From NCBI GenBank assembly GCA_963847085.1, contig CAWJYO010000004.1, positions 38,636 to 102,635 of the forward strand: a stretch of DNA of 64,000 nucleotides, given 5' to 3'. The stretch is from an uncultured Chitinophagaceae bacterium (GTDB lineage: Bacteria; Bacteroidota; Bacteroidia; Chitinophagales; Chitinophagaceae). Shown piece after piece: positions 1-11,410 of the stretch. Made by a program: the position numbers and the translations under genes. The notes below the pieces were generated by a model. The model was given only the letters and a program-made list of their open reading frames with translations. It did no database searches and was not told where the DNA came from. Every line of letters begins with the position of its first letter. Position 1 is the first letter of the stretch.

Positions 1-135
1 CAGGTAATCATACAATCAACCAATGAGCCGGGTGAGGTTATACTTACAGCAACAGCAGATGGACTACAACAGCAGCAAATAAAAATAAAATCAGCGCCTG
101 CTGAAGTCAGGGCATCTGTTTCGGGTAATGATTAA
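1..135 (+). CDS. 3' end of a probable GH2 glycoside hydrolase (partial, runs off window)
   Basis: Frame 1 reads QVIIQSTNEPGEVILTATADGLQQQQIKIKS...GND-stop (TAA 133-135), resembling the C-terminal Ig-like domain of Bacteroidota GH2 beta-galactosidases. Confidence 0.5.
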   Translation, partial: QVIIQSTNEPGEVILTATADGLQQQQIKIKSAPAEVRASVSGND

Positions 136-163
136 TAGGTTCAATTCGCGAATCATTTTTAAA

Positions 164-675
164 ATGACAAAACAAAAGCCAATGTTGAAATCAATCAGAC
201 ATTTTATAAATAAAAAAATAGTAACCATTGCTGTATTTCTTACAGCATTTACAAGTGCTTCACCCCTGCCCGCGACTATCTTTTTCAATGTAAAAGATTA
301 TGGGGCAAAAGCAAATGGTAAAACGATGGTACTGCAATCAACGCAACCATTGCTGATGCGGTTTCAAAAGGCGGCGGCAAAACGGGGCAGGAAGATACGC
401 TGCCTGAAAAAATAAATCAATATCCCGAGCCGGGTATGTTTGGTGCGGCTCCGGTTTATGGATTATGGGTTCGTCATGCAAAAAATATCAGTATCAGTGA
501 TGTTTCATTTCATTATATCAATGCTGAAAGCCGCGCTGCGCTTCGGTTTGAAGATGTGAAAGGTTTGTATTTGTTTCATGTAATTCCGCAAACAACAAGT
601 GGCGTAAAGCCAATGGTTATGAAAGATGTTTCGGATGTTACCATCGTTCAAAGCCAGGCGTTGGAAGGAAAATAA
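164..675 (+). pseudogene. GH28-like glycoside hydrolase remnant with a large internal deletion
   Basis: Signal peptide and N-terminal motif FNVKDYGAKANG...TAINATIADAVSKGGG are joined directly to the C-terminal motif LPEKINQYPEPGMFGAAPVYGLWVRHAKNI; the beta-helix core is missing. Confidence 0.6.
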
Positions 676-764
676 TCGTATCCTTAAGCATTTGTTTTTG
701 CTCCTTTTTTCTTTATGCGGAATGCTCTTTTTAAAATGGTGATGGCTGGAAAAATCAATATATA

Positions 765-1715
765 ATTCAAGTTTCCAGATAGTCAGAGAATGGATTTGAG
801 TTGGTAAGCAAAGACAAAGAGGAAGACTTTGAGCAGGAAGCCTTTTGGAGTGACGGCATGAATGGAATGCGGCATCAGTTCAACGATTTCACTGATAGTC
901 GTTTCCACCCGTTTACGCATGGCTGTTTTCAGGAACGCTATCCACGGCTCGTCCGGTCGTTTGCTGTTTGATTTACGGCTCACCATCAGTTCTATCCCTT
1001 CGGTTTCTTTATATAAATCTTCCAGTCCGTAATCTGTATAAGCGCTGTCAGCATACAAACGGCTCGTGGCAGGCAAATCAAAACTCATCCTGGAAAGGGC
1101 ATGAACATCATGTTCTGAACCCGGCACAAAACAAAGCTCTACCGGAATACCTTCCTTTGTTGTTATCAACTGCACTTTGATGCCATAGAAATACTCTTTC
1201 TTGCTGGCATTGTATCCTCTGAACTCTTCTGCTGCCCCAAACAGCTTACTGCGCCTGATACGAATGTTATGACACACCTTCAGCGGAAATGAATCAATGA
1301 TATATTCCATCTCCCGGCAGATGTATTTGAACAGCCTGCCCATTTCCTCAAATAACCAGCTTACAAGCGGCTGCACCTGATGCAGGCGCTTGGTAAAGCC
1401 GCTTTTCCCAATCATACATGGCATCATATTATGAGTACGCATATAATTGGCAGCACTGCTTTGATTGCCCTTGAAGTAAAGGGTGGATATAAGAGCCGTG
1501 GTGATGATTTCACTGTCATTCACTTTTCTCCCTCCTTCTTCGTAGTGCCCGATACCTTTTAAAATATCATCGATCAAACAGTAGATTCCGATAACTTTGT
1601 CCTGAAGCATTTGAGTAGTCGTTTTTGTTTTTTGCAACTCAAAAATACTTTCTCTCAAATGCTTCCCTTTTTCTTATAGCTCACACCCCCCATCACCATA
1701 ACAGGAAACTTGCGT
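765..1715 (-). mobile_element. IS982-family insertion sequence
   Basis: Terminal IRs ATTCAAGTTTCC (765-776) and GGAAACTTGCGT (1704-1715), 10/12 match; TATATA target duplication at 759-764 and 1716-1721; ~950 bp with a single transposase. Confidence 0.9.
783..1610 (-). CDS. IS982-family DDE transposase
   Basis: YIIDSFPLKVC, YFYGIKVQL, LYADSAY and RKRVETTIS motifs; ATG at 1610 chosen as the likely start. Confidence 0.9.
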   Translation of the reverse strand: MLQDKVIGIYCLIDDILKGIGHYEEGGRKVNDSEIITTALISTLYFKGNQSSAANYMRTHNMMPCMIGKSGFTKRLHQVQPLVSWLFEEMGRLFKYICREMEYIIDSFPLKVCHNIRIRRSKLFGAAEEFRGYNASKKEYFYGIKVQLITTKEGIPVELCFVPGSEHDVHALSRMSFDLPATSRLYADSAYTDYGLEDLYKETEGIELMVSRKSNSKRPDEPWIAFLKTAMRKRVETTISEIVELMPHSIHAVTPKGFLLKVFLFVFAYQLKSIL

Positions 1716-2360
1716 TATATAAATAAATCTTCCCACTACCTGTAAAAACAAAATATGGGTAAAACAAAACAAAGCGCCTAAAAAGAAAATGAAGGATGTT
1801 GTTAGCCCGCGGGATAATACATAATGGCGAACATTTTTATCTTCCAAACCAACAGACAACTTCTTTTTGGGATTGCTTACATGGAGTTGTATAAAAAACA
1901 AAACCAAACCAATGCAACCTACATTCATCCAGTAAAACACAAACGATTCGCTTATATAACCATACTCCGAAGTAAGTGCGGTGGTAAACGGAAGCAAAGC
2001 AACAAAAAACAAAACCAGCAGGTTGAGCCATATAATAGCACCATCGAAATTAGTAACATAACCAAACACACGATGATGAATGGTCCAGTAAAAACCGATA
2101 ATAAAAAAGCTAAAAATAAAGCCAAGAATGTTAGGTACTATTTGGAGAAGAGATTCATTCAGCTTTTCAACACTAATAAGATTCTTCCAATTAGAGGCAG
2201 GAATTTTTATTTCAAGCACCAGCAGTGTAATGGCAATCGCAAACACAGCATCGCTGAACAAAATTAACCGCTCTAACTGAAACTGTTTCCGGTTTTCAAA
2301 AATGTCTTCCTGTTGCTGCATGTGCTTGAATAAACGCTATGAAAAATAAAAAGTGCACCA

Positions 2361-2744
2361 CTAAAAAGAAGTGTGCGATGGTTTGTAACCGTCGGCAGAA
2401 AAGGCATTGCTTCTATCCATGCAGTCGTCTTTTTGGGATGTTATGGTTAGCAGACTGTCTTGTATGCTGTATTTATAATAGCCGGTATCGCTACCGCAAC
2501 TACTCATTCCACTTACTTTAACCATCTTCAGCGTATCGCCATTCACTTTGTAAAGCGAAGTTTCTATCAGGTTTCCACCAACGTAAAGGAGGGAAGTATC
2601 TGCCTTAAAAACAAAGATGCCGGCGGATGGGTCGGGGATATTTACGATTCCCGTCCATTGCGTATTTTGTAAAGGATTGTTTGCCGGAACATGCCAGGAA
2701 ATAAAAAAGAGTACGGTTAAAACGGTGAAGAGTAGCTGTCGCAT
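2361..2744 (-). CDS. hypothetical exported protein
   Basis: 127-aa ORF with a signal peptide and two Cys; TATATTTG -7 promoter motif at 2816-2809 on the minus strand. Confidence 0.6.
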   Translation of the reverse strand: MRQLLFTVLTVLFFISWHVPANNPLQNTQWTGIVNIPDPSAGIFVFKADTSLLYVGGNLIETSLYKVNGDTLKMVKVSGMSSCGSDTGYYKYSIQDSLLTITSQKDDCMDRSNAFSADGYKPSHTSF

Positions 2745-2985
2745 AATGTTTGTTTTTGTTGATTTTTTGTAATGACGATGAATTGGTGAAAGAGTTATCT
2801 TTTGTTTTCAAATATAAGGGTTTGGCTAACGCAAATAAAACAGAAAGGATGCGATGGCAAGGTGTCAGGCACTTCCAAAGTATCACACAACTTAAGTACC
2901 TGCTATCATCGCACAAGTGCTTCATAATAATTTTCAACCACTTTTGTTTTCGTTGCATTAATTTGCTATCTGGTTTATCAACCAA

Positions 2986-3588
2986 ATGCTTGCCGTGAAC
3001 AACCAGGAACTTCATATTGAACGTTTGCTTTTACAACAAATAGCCTCCGGAAACGAGAAGGCTTTTCAAACTCTTTTCAACAGCTACAATACCAGGCTTC
3101 ATCATTATATTTCCGGATTTGTAAAATCGTCGCAAATTGCCGAAGAGCTTGTAATGGATGTATTTTTAAAATTGTGGCTGGGTAGAGATTTGCTCATTCA
3201 AATCAAGAATTTTGATGGCTTTTTATTTCGCGTAGCGCATAATAAAATCATTGATTTTTTGCGGTTCTCAGCCAAAGATCAAAAGCTGAAAAACCTTTTA
3301 TGGAATGAAATACAAATGGCTTCTTCTTTTCTTGCCGATCATTCGCTCATTCACCATGAGTATGAAGAAAAATTAAGAGAAGCGATTGATTTATTGTCTC
3401 CGCAACGAAAAAAAGTTTACCGGCTTGCTCATGAAGAAGACTTAACGCACGACCAGATTGCTGTGCAACTTCAGATTGCAAAATCAACCGTAAACAATCA
3501 CATTGTAGAAGCCAAACGTTTTATCCGCGATTATCTTTCTACTAACCTTGATATTGCAATGCTGCTTGTGATTATGACAAGGATTTAA
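2986..3588 (+). CDS. ECF RNA polymerase sigma-70 factor (Bacteroidota PUL type)
   Basis: Region 2 AEELVMDVFLKLW and region 4 LSPQRKKVY...IAVQLQIAKSTVNNHI; upstream of FecR and SusC. Confidence 0.92.
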   Translation: MLAVNNQELHIERLLLQQIASGNEKAFQTLFNSYNTRLHHYISGFVKSSQIAEELVMDVFLKLWLGRDLLIQIKNFDGFLFRVAHNKIIDFLRFSAKDQKLKNLLWNEIQMASSFLADHSLIHHEYEEKLREAIDLLSPQRKKVYRLAHEEDLTHDQIAVQLQIAKSTVNNHIVEAKRFIRDYLSTNLDIAMLLVIMTRI

Positions 3589-3595
3589 AAGAATA

Positions 3596-3800
3596 TGACT
3601 ATCCGTATCTGTAAATCATAGAGAGAAATGTAATCGTCACTGCAAGGCACGAAGCAGTCTGTGCTTTGCTAAATGTTTATTGCTAAAATAATTACTGTTT
3701 ACAAACATAATTTATTTGATAACACAGACTGCTTCGTGCCTCGCAGTGACGACGATAAAATTCATGTAAAAGCAAACAGGTTGCTGTAAACGAATAGTCA
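3596..3800. repeat. Nested inverted-repeat (REP/MITE-like) element
   Basis: 30-bp IR, 29/30 identical (TCGTCACTGCAAGGCACGAAGCAGTCTGTG 3634-3663 vs 3723-3752), inside an outer imperfect IR (TGACTATCCGT 3596 / ACGAATAGTCA 3800). Confidence 0.75.
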
Positions 3801-3860
3801 ATTAGAATTATTTTTCAGTTCGAATAGTTATCTTCTTTCTTTTTTTCGTCTTTAGGGTAG

Positions 3861-5057
3861 ATGAACCTCCAAAGCTGGCAGTATCTGATTAAAAACTATC
3901 TCAATAATTCCATTACAAAAGAGGAATTGAATTCTTTTTTGGAGATGATTGAGGAGGAAAAAGATTCGGCTCAGTTGAAGGCCATTTTGCAGAATCATTG
4001 GAATGAGGCAAAAGAAAACATGCCTTCCACTAAAATTGACTGGAATAAAAAATTGGAGCATTTATTTATCGAAGCAAAGGAAAGCGAACCATACAACCTG
4101 CGCACTAAAAAAAGTGGCAAAAACAAACATTGGCGCTGGCTGGCCGCCGCATCGGTAGTCGCCATTTTGGTTTTGTCGAAATACATTTTTTTTAGTGCAA
4201 AACCAAACCTTGCTGTTGCCAAAACTACAACCGCGCCGGTTAAAAAAGATGTTGCACCGCCAGCCAGTACCAATGCTATTCTTACTCTTGCAAATGGTAA
4301 AACCATTGCATTAGACAGTATTGCCAATGGTGCAATTGCCAATGAAGGTGCCATGCGCGTTGAAAAACTATCCAATGGTGAAATTGTTTATAAAGGCAAA
4401 GCAAACGGTGAGTTGGAATACAACCTGTTAACGGTGCCAAGAGGCAGTAAAATTGCCACTATTACATTATCTGATAGTACCAAAGTATGGCTCAATTCAT
4501 CTTCTTCTTTACGCTATCCGGTTGCGTTTAATGGCAACGAACGTGATGTGGAAATTGAGGGAGAAGCGTATTTCGAAGTGTCTCACAATGCGGCAATGCC
4601 GTTTCATGTAAAGAGGGGTGAAACATCAGTAACTGTTTTGGGAACACACTTTAATGTGAATGCTTACGATGATGAAACCTCAATAAAAGTAACCTTGCTT
4701 CAGGGTGTAGTGAAAGTAGAAAAAGGAAGTTTGTCAGGTTTGTTGAAGCCAGGTCAGCAGGCGCAGATTGAAGGTAAAATAAAAATCAACAACGAAGTAG
4801 ATGTTGATGAAGTAATGGCATGGAAGAATGGTGAATTTCAATTTGGCGAAGCTGAAGACATACATGCTGTGATGAGACAAATAGCACGATGGTATGATGT
4901 AAATATTGAGTACAAAGAAGATGTTGCGGGGCATATTGGGGGAACCATATCACGCAACGAAAATGTTTCGCAGGTGCTTTCGATGTTGCAGATGACCGGC
5001 GCGGTAAAGTTTGTAATTGAGGATAATAAAATTGTTGTTACGTCAAATCATTTGTAA
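3861..5057 (+). CDS. FecR-family anti-sigma factor
   Basis: TM segment WRWLAAASVVAIL; LSDSTKVWLNSSSSLRYP, GEAYFEV and VLGTHFNV motifs. Confidence 0.93.
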   Translation: MNLQSWQYLIKNYLNNSITKEELNSFLEMIEEEKDSAQLKAILQNHWNEAKENMPSTKIDWNKKLEHLFIEAKESEPYNLRTKKSGKNKHWRWLAAASVVAILVLSKYIFFSAKPNLAVAKTTTAPVKKDVAPPASTNAILTLANGKTIALDSIANGAIANEGAMRVEKLSNGEIVYKGKANGELEYNLLTVPRGSKIATITLSDSTKVWLNSSSSLRYPVAFNGNERDVEIEGEAYFEVSHNAAMPFHVKRGETSVTVLGTHFNVNAYDDETSIKVTLLQGVVKVEKGSLSGLLKPGQQAQIEGKIKINNEVDVDEVMAWKNGEFQFGEAEDIHAVMRQIARWYDVNIEYKEDVAGHIGGTISRNENVSQVLSMLQMTGAVKFVIEDNKIVVTSNHL

Positions 5058-5186
5058 GGTTGTAACGGATTGCTTGTTCTGAATGATTGCTAACAATGAG
5101 ATGGATTGGTTTCTTAAAATATAAGTTTAAAGTGTTCTTGGTTTTGCCATAAAAACAAACATTGTTTCACTCAACATAACCATTTT

Positions 5187-8100
5187 ATGTATCTAACGAT
5201 TTGCGCCGTCCGCAAACAGCGGATGGCATTCAAAACGCTGCTTGTTATGAAATTTACGGTTTTCCTTTGTTTGCTTGCCAGTATAACAGCAAGCGCTAAA
5301 GCTTACTCGCAAATAACATTGAACGAAAAAGATGTTCCGCTGCAAAAAGTATTTAAGCAAATACAAAAGCAAAACGGCTACGACTTTTTATACAGCTATG
5401 AACTGTTGCAAAAAGCTGGTAACGTAAGCGTTTCAGTGCACAATGTTTCGCTCGAAAAAGCACTGGAAGAATGCCTGAAAAACAAACCACTTTCTTACAG
5501 CATTGTTGGTAAAACGGTTGTTGTTAAACCTAAGCCATTCAACAACGATTCAACCAACCATAACATGCAGTCTTCGCCACCGCCCGTTCTTATCAAAGGC
5601 AGTGTTACCGACGAAACCAAAAAGCCGCTGCAAGGTGTTTCAGTAATGATAAAAGGAACTTCCAGAGGAACCGTTACGAATGAAAATGGCGAGTTTCAGA
5701 TAGAAGTTCCCGACAACGGAAATAAGGTGTTGGTGTTTTCTTATGTAGGCATGGAATCGCAGGAAGTGAATGTAAGTGATAAAACAAATCTCGCTGTTTT
5801 ACTGAAAGCTGCTGCCGGGCAACAGCAGGAAGTGGTAGTCGTGGGTTATCAAAGCCAGCGGCGTACAGCGATTGCGGGAGCCGTTACTACTGTTGATGTT
5901 GAAAATGTTTCAAAAGTGCCTGTTGGTTTTGCCGATCAGGCATTGCAGGGGCAAGCTTCGGGCGTTCGCATTACACAATCAACAGGTCAGCCCGGCGATG
6001 GTATTGCCATGCGCATAAGAGGTGTGGGTTCAATCAATAACAACGACCCGCTGTACATCATTGATGGCGTGCCAACAGAAGATGGAATCAACTTCTTGGC
6101 TGCCGATGACATTGCGAGCATCACCGTTTTGAAAGACGCAGCTTCGGCAGCTATTTACGGTGCCCGTTCATCCAATGGCGTTGTTATCATCACAACAAAA
6201 AATGGCAAGTCGGGAAAAGCTTCTATCAACTATTCAGTTTATGCCGGTGTTCAAAAGCATGGATACCTTACTCCCATGGCGAATGCTTCTGAGTACAAAA
6301 CCATCTATAACGAAATGGTGGCTAATGATAATGAGGGTTTGGCCGCCAACAATCCACTAATCAAGAAGCCAATACCCGATTCGGTTCAAATGGCAAATAC
6401 GGCCTGGCTGGCTTCCATTTTTCGCACTGCGCCGCAGCAGGACCATGAAATTTCGGTAAGCGGAGGAAATGAAAAAACACAATATTCTGTTTCGGGCAAT
6501 TTTTTTGACCAGGATGGTATCATACTTAATTCATGGTACAAACGCTACACGTTACGAACCAAACTCAATACGGAAGTAACCAGCCGGTTAAAAATTGGAA
6601 CCAACCTTAATTTTTCTTATTACGATAAAAGTGCAGTCGGCAGTTCCGGCGATGGCTTAGGCGGTAACGGCGGTAGTGTAATCCGCTATGCTTTTTTCAG
6701 AGATCCTGCCATCCCTGTTTATTCGTCGCCAGGTGTGTACAGCGATTTGCCGCACTACCCCGGTTTTTTTGGCGATGGATACAATCCGGTTGGGCTTGCC
6801 AATAATACTGACAATAAGGAAAAACAATACAGAGGTTTTGGTGATGTTTATGCCGAATATAAAATTTTACCCAACCTGTTTTTTAGATCAGATTTTGGCG
6901 GAGACATATTTGTAACGCTGGATAAAATTTTTTATGTGAATTGGGGAACTGCCGGTAGAATCAACAATCCAAGCTCTTTGGTTGAGCGCCAAATTACCAG
7001 CGAAAACATGGTTTGGAATAATACATTTCGTTACAACAAACGATTTAACGAAAAGCATAGCATCAATGTATTGCTGGGCACTGAAGCCGTTTCCAACTCA
7101 ACTACTGCATTGTTGGAAAACGACCAAAACTTTCCCAACCAGGATCCTTCTCTTCGTTTTCTCGGTAATGGTTTAAATATACAACAGGTCATTGCTAACG
7201 AGAACAGGGGAGAGTGGTCGTTGCTTTCTTTTTTTGGACAAATCGGTTATACCTATAAAGATGAATTTGTAATCAATGCAACGGCGCGACGGGATGGTTC
7301 TTCGCGTTTTGGTCCGGCTAACCGCTGGGGCAATTTCTATTCCGGTGCGGTTGCCTGGAATATAATGAACGAAAAATGGTTTACCAACCTGTTGCCGGTG
7401 GTTTCTAAAATGAAACTAAGAGCCAGCTACGGACAGTTGGGAAATCAAAACATTGGCGATTATCCCTGGGCTTCTATCGTAAGCAACACCGGCAATTATG
7501 TGTTGGGTTCGTCTCCGGCACCGGTGCAGGGATATAGCGTTTCTTCATTAGGAAATCCCGACGTAAAGTGGGAAACTTCTACACAGGCAGATGCAGGTCT
7601 GGACATTGGAATCTGGAAAGACAGGCTTTCTTTATCGGTTGATTATTTTAACAAAATCAACAGCAATATGCTCGTTGCCGTGCCGTTACCAATGATTGGC
7701 GGCTCTGCCAATGCGCCTTTCATTAACGACGGCAGCGTGCAAAATCAAGGGCTTTGAATTTGATTTACATTATAGCAACAATGCCCGCAAATTAAAATAC
7801 GAATTGAGTGCTAACCTTGCTACCATTCAAAATAAAGTGATCTCTATTCCCGTTCCCATACAGGGTGGAAGAATTGACGATGGCGTTTATGCCACTTTAA
7901 CTACCACAGGCCATCCTATTGGTTCTTTTTATGGTTATCAAATGATAGGCATTTTTCAAAGCAATGATGACATTTTTAAATCGGCTTACCAAGGACCCGG
8001 CATACGCCCCGGTGATGTAAAATACAAAGACCTGAACGGTGATGGCAAGATAGATGCTAACGATAGAACCTTTTTAGGAAGCGCCATTCCAAAATTTACT

Positions 8101-8616
8101 TATGGCGCTTCGGTTTCGCTTTCTTACGCCAACTTCGATTTGTTCGTGCTGGCGCAAGGCAGCTATGGAAATAAAATTTATCTGCAGGTAAACCAGGACA
8201 TAGAAGGTTTTTATCGTCCTTTTAATGTAACGCAAAGAGTATATGATGAACGCTGGCATGGAGAAGGCACCAGCAATACTATGCCGCTGGTATCATGGCG
8301 CGACCAGGCAAACAACATTAAGGAGCCATCAAGCCGTTTTTTGGAAAGTGCTTCTTATTGTCGTTTAAAAAATATTCAATTGGGCTATACCATTCCAAAG
8401 GGAGTAACAGACAGGCTTCACATAAAAGGATTGCGGTTTTATGCAACGGGATTGAATTTAGTAACGCTTACAAAGTACACCGGTCTTGATCCTGAAATGC
8501 ACATCAGCAACAATGTAGCGGTTGAAAAATATCCAAGTGATGTTGCCGCCGGTATTGACTGGGGCACTTATCCTTCTGCAAAAAGTTACATCATCGGTGC
8601 AAACCTTAGTTTTTAA
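5187..8616 (+). CDS. susC: SusC/RagA TonB-dependent transporter with N-terminal STN domain (frameshift near 7750)
   Basis: PLYIIDGVP, LKDAASAAIYGARSSNGVVIITTK, WETSTQ, PGDVKYKDLNGDGKID and terminal F; two ORFs (5187-7757, 7696-8616) joined by one indel. Confidence 0.93.
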
Positions 8617-8637
8617 AATACTATAAACTCATTCGGT

Positions 8638-10161
8638 ATGAATAAAAAGTTTATCATATTCAACTTGCTCGTCCTAATGTTTGTTTTTGCCCAAATTAGT
8701 TGTTCAAAATTTTTAGATAAAGACATTCAGGGCGTTTATTCTACTTCACAATACTATACTTCTTCCAACGCCGCAATGCAAGCCATTAATGCAGCTTATT
8801 CGCCACTGAAATTTACCAGTGCCACCACCAATCCGCTTTGGGTATTTGGAGATATTGCTTCCGATGATGCAGCCACCGGAAATGTTGGCGCAAGTCCTGA
8901 TGCTTCTACCATTGATAACTTTTCTTATTCTACCACCAATTCTCATATATCGAACGAATGGGCAAACTTGTATCAGGGTGTTACCAACAGCAATTTGGTT
9001 TTGGCAAATATTCCGTCTATCAATATGGATACGGCTTTGCGCTCAAGAATTTTAGGTGAAGCTCATTTTTTAAGAGCCTGGTACTATTTTACTTTGGTAA
9101 ATATTTATGGCGATGTTCCAGCGGTTACAAAGCCACTATCGCCCGAAGAAATGCAGATTACGCAATCGCCTGTAAAAGACATTTATGAAGGCGTTATTGA
9201 GCCCGATTTAAAATCGGCATTAAGTGTATTGCCGCAAGCTTATTCGGGTTCTGATGTTGGAAGAGCTACCAGCGGAGCAGCAGCGGCATTATTGGCAAAA
9301 GCTTATTTGTATCAGCAAAAGTGGGATTCGTCACTTACTTATTCCAACCTGGTAATTAACAGCGGGCAGTACAGCCTGATGAAAGTATATGCTCGGGATT
9401 TTGATGCGTTGCATAAAAACAACCAAGAATCGGTATTTGAAGTGCAAATGTTAGGCGGTCAGAATCCAAACGTTGGCAATGCATTGAACCAATGGTTTGC
9501 ACCACAGGTAGTTGGCGGCTATTATTGCGATGCACCGAATCAAAACTTTGTAGATGAATTTGAACAAACGGCAGATACAGTTTACGATCCAAGATTGGAT
9601 TATACGGTAGGAAGAGACAGCATGTTATGGAATAACGGGCAGCCATATTCCCCTTCATGGTCGCCGCAAACGGGCTATCTCACCCGAAAATACCAACAGC
9701 CACTTTCACAGGCTCCGATTATCGGGCAGGGAAGCTGCGATTATGTAGCCATTCGTTATGCCGATGTATTGTTATTTAACGCCGAAGCTTTGAATGAATT
9801 GGGACAAACTTCAGCAGCCATTATTCCTTTGAATTTGGTTAGGCAAAGAGCAAGAGAAAGTTACTTGTACGATAGTTCGTTACACGGTTTTGGAACTGTG
9901 CCTGCGGGGCTTTTGCCCGATGTGGCTGCGGTATCGCAAGCTCAGGTGCGTACAGCTATTATCCACGAAAGAAGAGTGGAACTGGGATTTGAATTTCACC
10001 GGTTTTTTGATTTGGAAAGATATGGTGCAAATCCAAACCTCGGTCCCGGTTATGTCAACTCGCTCCAGAACAGAGATGGTGTAACTACTTTTTCATACAC
10101 AAAAGATAAAAACTTTCCCATACCTCAAAGCGAAAGAGACCTTGACAAAGCTTTAAAATAA
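8638..10161 (+). CDS. susD: SusD/RagB glycan-binding lipoprotein
   Basis: Lipobox ISC, GEAHFLRAWYYF, RYADVLLFNAEA, ERRVELGFEFHRFFDLER and PIPQSE motifs. Confidence 0.93.
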   Translation: MNKKFIIFNLLVLMFVFAQISCSKFLDKDIQGVYSTSQYYTSSNAAMQAINAAYSPLKFTSATTNPLWVFGDIASDDAATGNVGASPDASTIDNFSYSTTNSHISNEWANLYQGVTNSNLVLANIPSINMDTALRSRILGEAHFLRAWYYFTLVNIYGDVPAVTKPLSPEEMQITQSPVKDIYEGVIEPDLKSALSVLPQAYSGSDVGRATSGAAAALLAKAYLYQQKWDSSLTYSNLVINSGQYSLMKVYARDFDALHKNNQESVFEVQMLGGQNPNVGNALNQWFAPQVVGGYYCDAPNQNFVDEFEQTADTVYDPRLDYTVGRDSMLWNNGQPYSPSWSPQTGYLTRKYQQPLSQAPIIGQGSCDYVAIRYADVLLFNAEALNELGQTSAAIIPLNLVRQRARESYLYDSSLHGFGTVPAGLLPDVAAVSQAQVRTAIIHERRVELGFEFHRFFDLERYGANPNLGPGYVNSLQNRDGVTTFSYTKDKNFPIPQSERDLDKALK

Positions 10162-10187
10162 ATTTTTCATCAATTAAAACTCAAACC

Positions 10188-11315
10188 ATGAGATCAAAAG
10201 TTCAAACCAGGTATGTAATGCTCACAGTCTTATTCGGATTGTCGCTGGCATTGTTTGTTTCGTCTTGTAAAAAATCAGGACCTTCTTTTACGCCGCCCAA
10301 CACCACCACCTTACAGGCAGCGATTGATTCAGCGAATTGGTATTTAACCAACACGCATGAAGGCACGCAACCCGGCGAATATCCTTCCGGTTCGCAGGCA
10401 ACATTAAAGGCGGCGCTGACTTCGGCACAATCGGTTTTGGCAAGTGCGAGCACTAACGCTACACAAGCCCAGGTTACGGCTGCAACCGCCAATTTGAATG
10501 CTGCGATTGCCGCTTATGAAGCCGGTAAAATAACACCGATAGCCGCCTCAGCATTGGTAGCTTACTGGAAGTTCAACGGCAATGCAAACGATTCTTCAGG
10601 CAATGGCCATAATGGCACATTAACAGCCTGCGCGCCAACTATGGGTGGTGTTGGGCTTGTTATTACTTCTGGTGTAACACCCGGAGGTGCACCAACGCCT
10701 ACGAATGACCGTTTTGGCAATGCTAATTCGGCTTTTCGTTTTAGCAATGGCGGACACATTGAAGTTCCTTTTAGTCCTGCCTTAAATCCTCAAGCCATAA
10801 CGGTTAGCGCCTGGGTTAGACAAGATACGGCTGGCAGGATAGACCATAAATCAGATTGTTACATACTTTCATTAGCCCGCTGGAATTGTTATAAACTCCA
10901 AACGCAACCTACGTTGCCGTTTTTCACTGTAGCTACGGATTCTACCATTTATGATCGCGACGATGCAGGCACTCCAATTACTATTGGTACAACGACTGGT
11001 GCAGGAGATTGGAGTCATATAGTGGTAACGTATGATGGCAATGGCACTGAAGTTTTTTATATTAATGGCACACCGGTTAAGACCTGGACGAATCTGGCGC
11101 ATACCATTAAACAAATCAATCCTGGCGTAGATTTATCCATTGGTTCTGATTTGCCCAACGCTGCTTACAAGTATGATTCTAACGGAGCCGACGGTAACTA
11201 CTACATTGAATATGGCGGTTACTGGACGGGCGATATGGATGACATCATGATTTACAATACTGCTTTAACCGCACAACAGGTAACGCAATTGCATAACCAA
11301 CAGGCAACACAATAA
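10188..11315 (+). CDS. Surface lipoprotein with FIVAR-like helical domain and LamG/concanavalin-like domain (putative glycan-binding protein)
   Basis: Lipobox VSSC; LVAYWKFNGNANDSSGNG, WSHIVVTYD and GDMDDIMIYNTAL motifs. Confidence 0.8.
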   Translation: MRSKVQTRYVMLTVLFGLSLALFVSSCKKSGPSFTPPNTTTLQAAIDSANWYLTNTHEGTQPGEYPSGSQATLKAALTSAQSVLASASTNATQAQVTAATANLNAAIAAYEAGKITPIAASALVAYWKFNGNANDSSGNGHNGTLTACAPTMGGVGLVITSGVTPGGAPTPTNDRFGNANSAFRFSNGGHIEVPFSPALNPQAITVSAWVRQDTAGRIDHKSDCYILSLARWNCYKLQTQPTLPFFTVATDSTIYDRDDAGTPITIGTTTGAGDWSHIVVTYDGNGTEVFYINGTPVKTWTNLAHTIKQINPGVDLSIGSDLPNAAYKYDSNGADGNYYIEYGGYWTGDMDDIMIYNTALTAQQVTQLHNQQATQ

Positions 11316-11410
11316 TGCCATTGTTGATTTGTGATTTAAGATTTATGATTATTTACAAAAGATGCCGAACAATTAGGATGTAAAATGATATAAAACCAAA
11401 AGCGTCATAT

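Larger units (their letters stand above)
684..2321 (-). pseudogene. TMEM175-family potassium channel, 3' end interrupted by IS982
   Basis: ERLILFSDAVFAIAITLLVLEI motif; the frame continues on the far side of the IS as LIFPAITILKRAFRIKKKGAKTNA-stop (758-684). Confidence 0.8.

Noticed and set aside
2986-5057. ECF sigma factor as part of an RNA-guided (Cas12f/TnpB-associated) transcription system
   Set aside because: No Cas12f/TnpB-like ORF or guide RNA lies nearby; it is a standard ECF-FecR-SusC arrangement.
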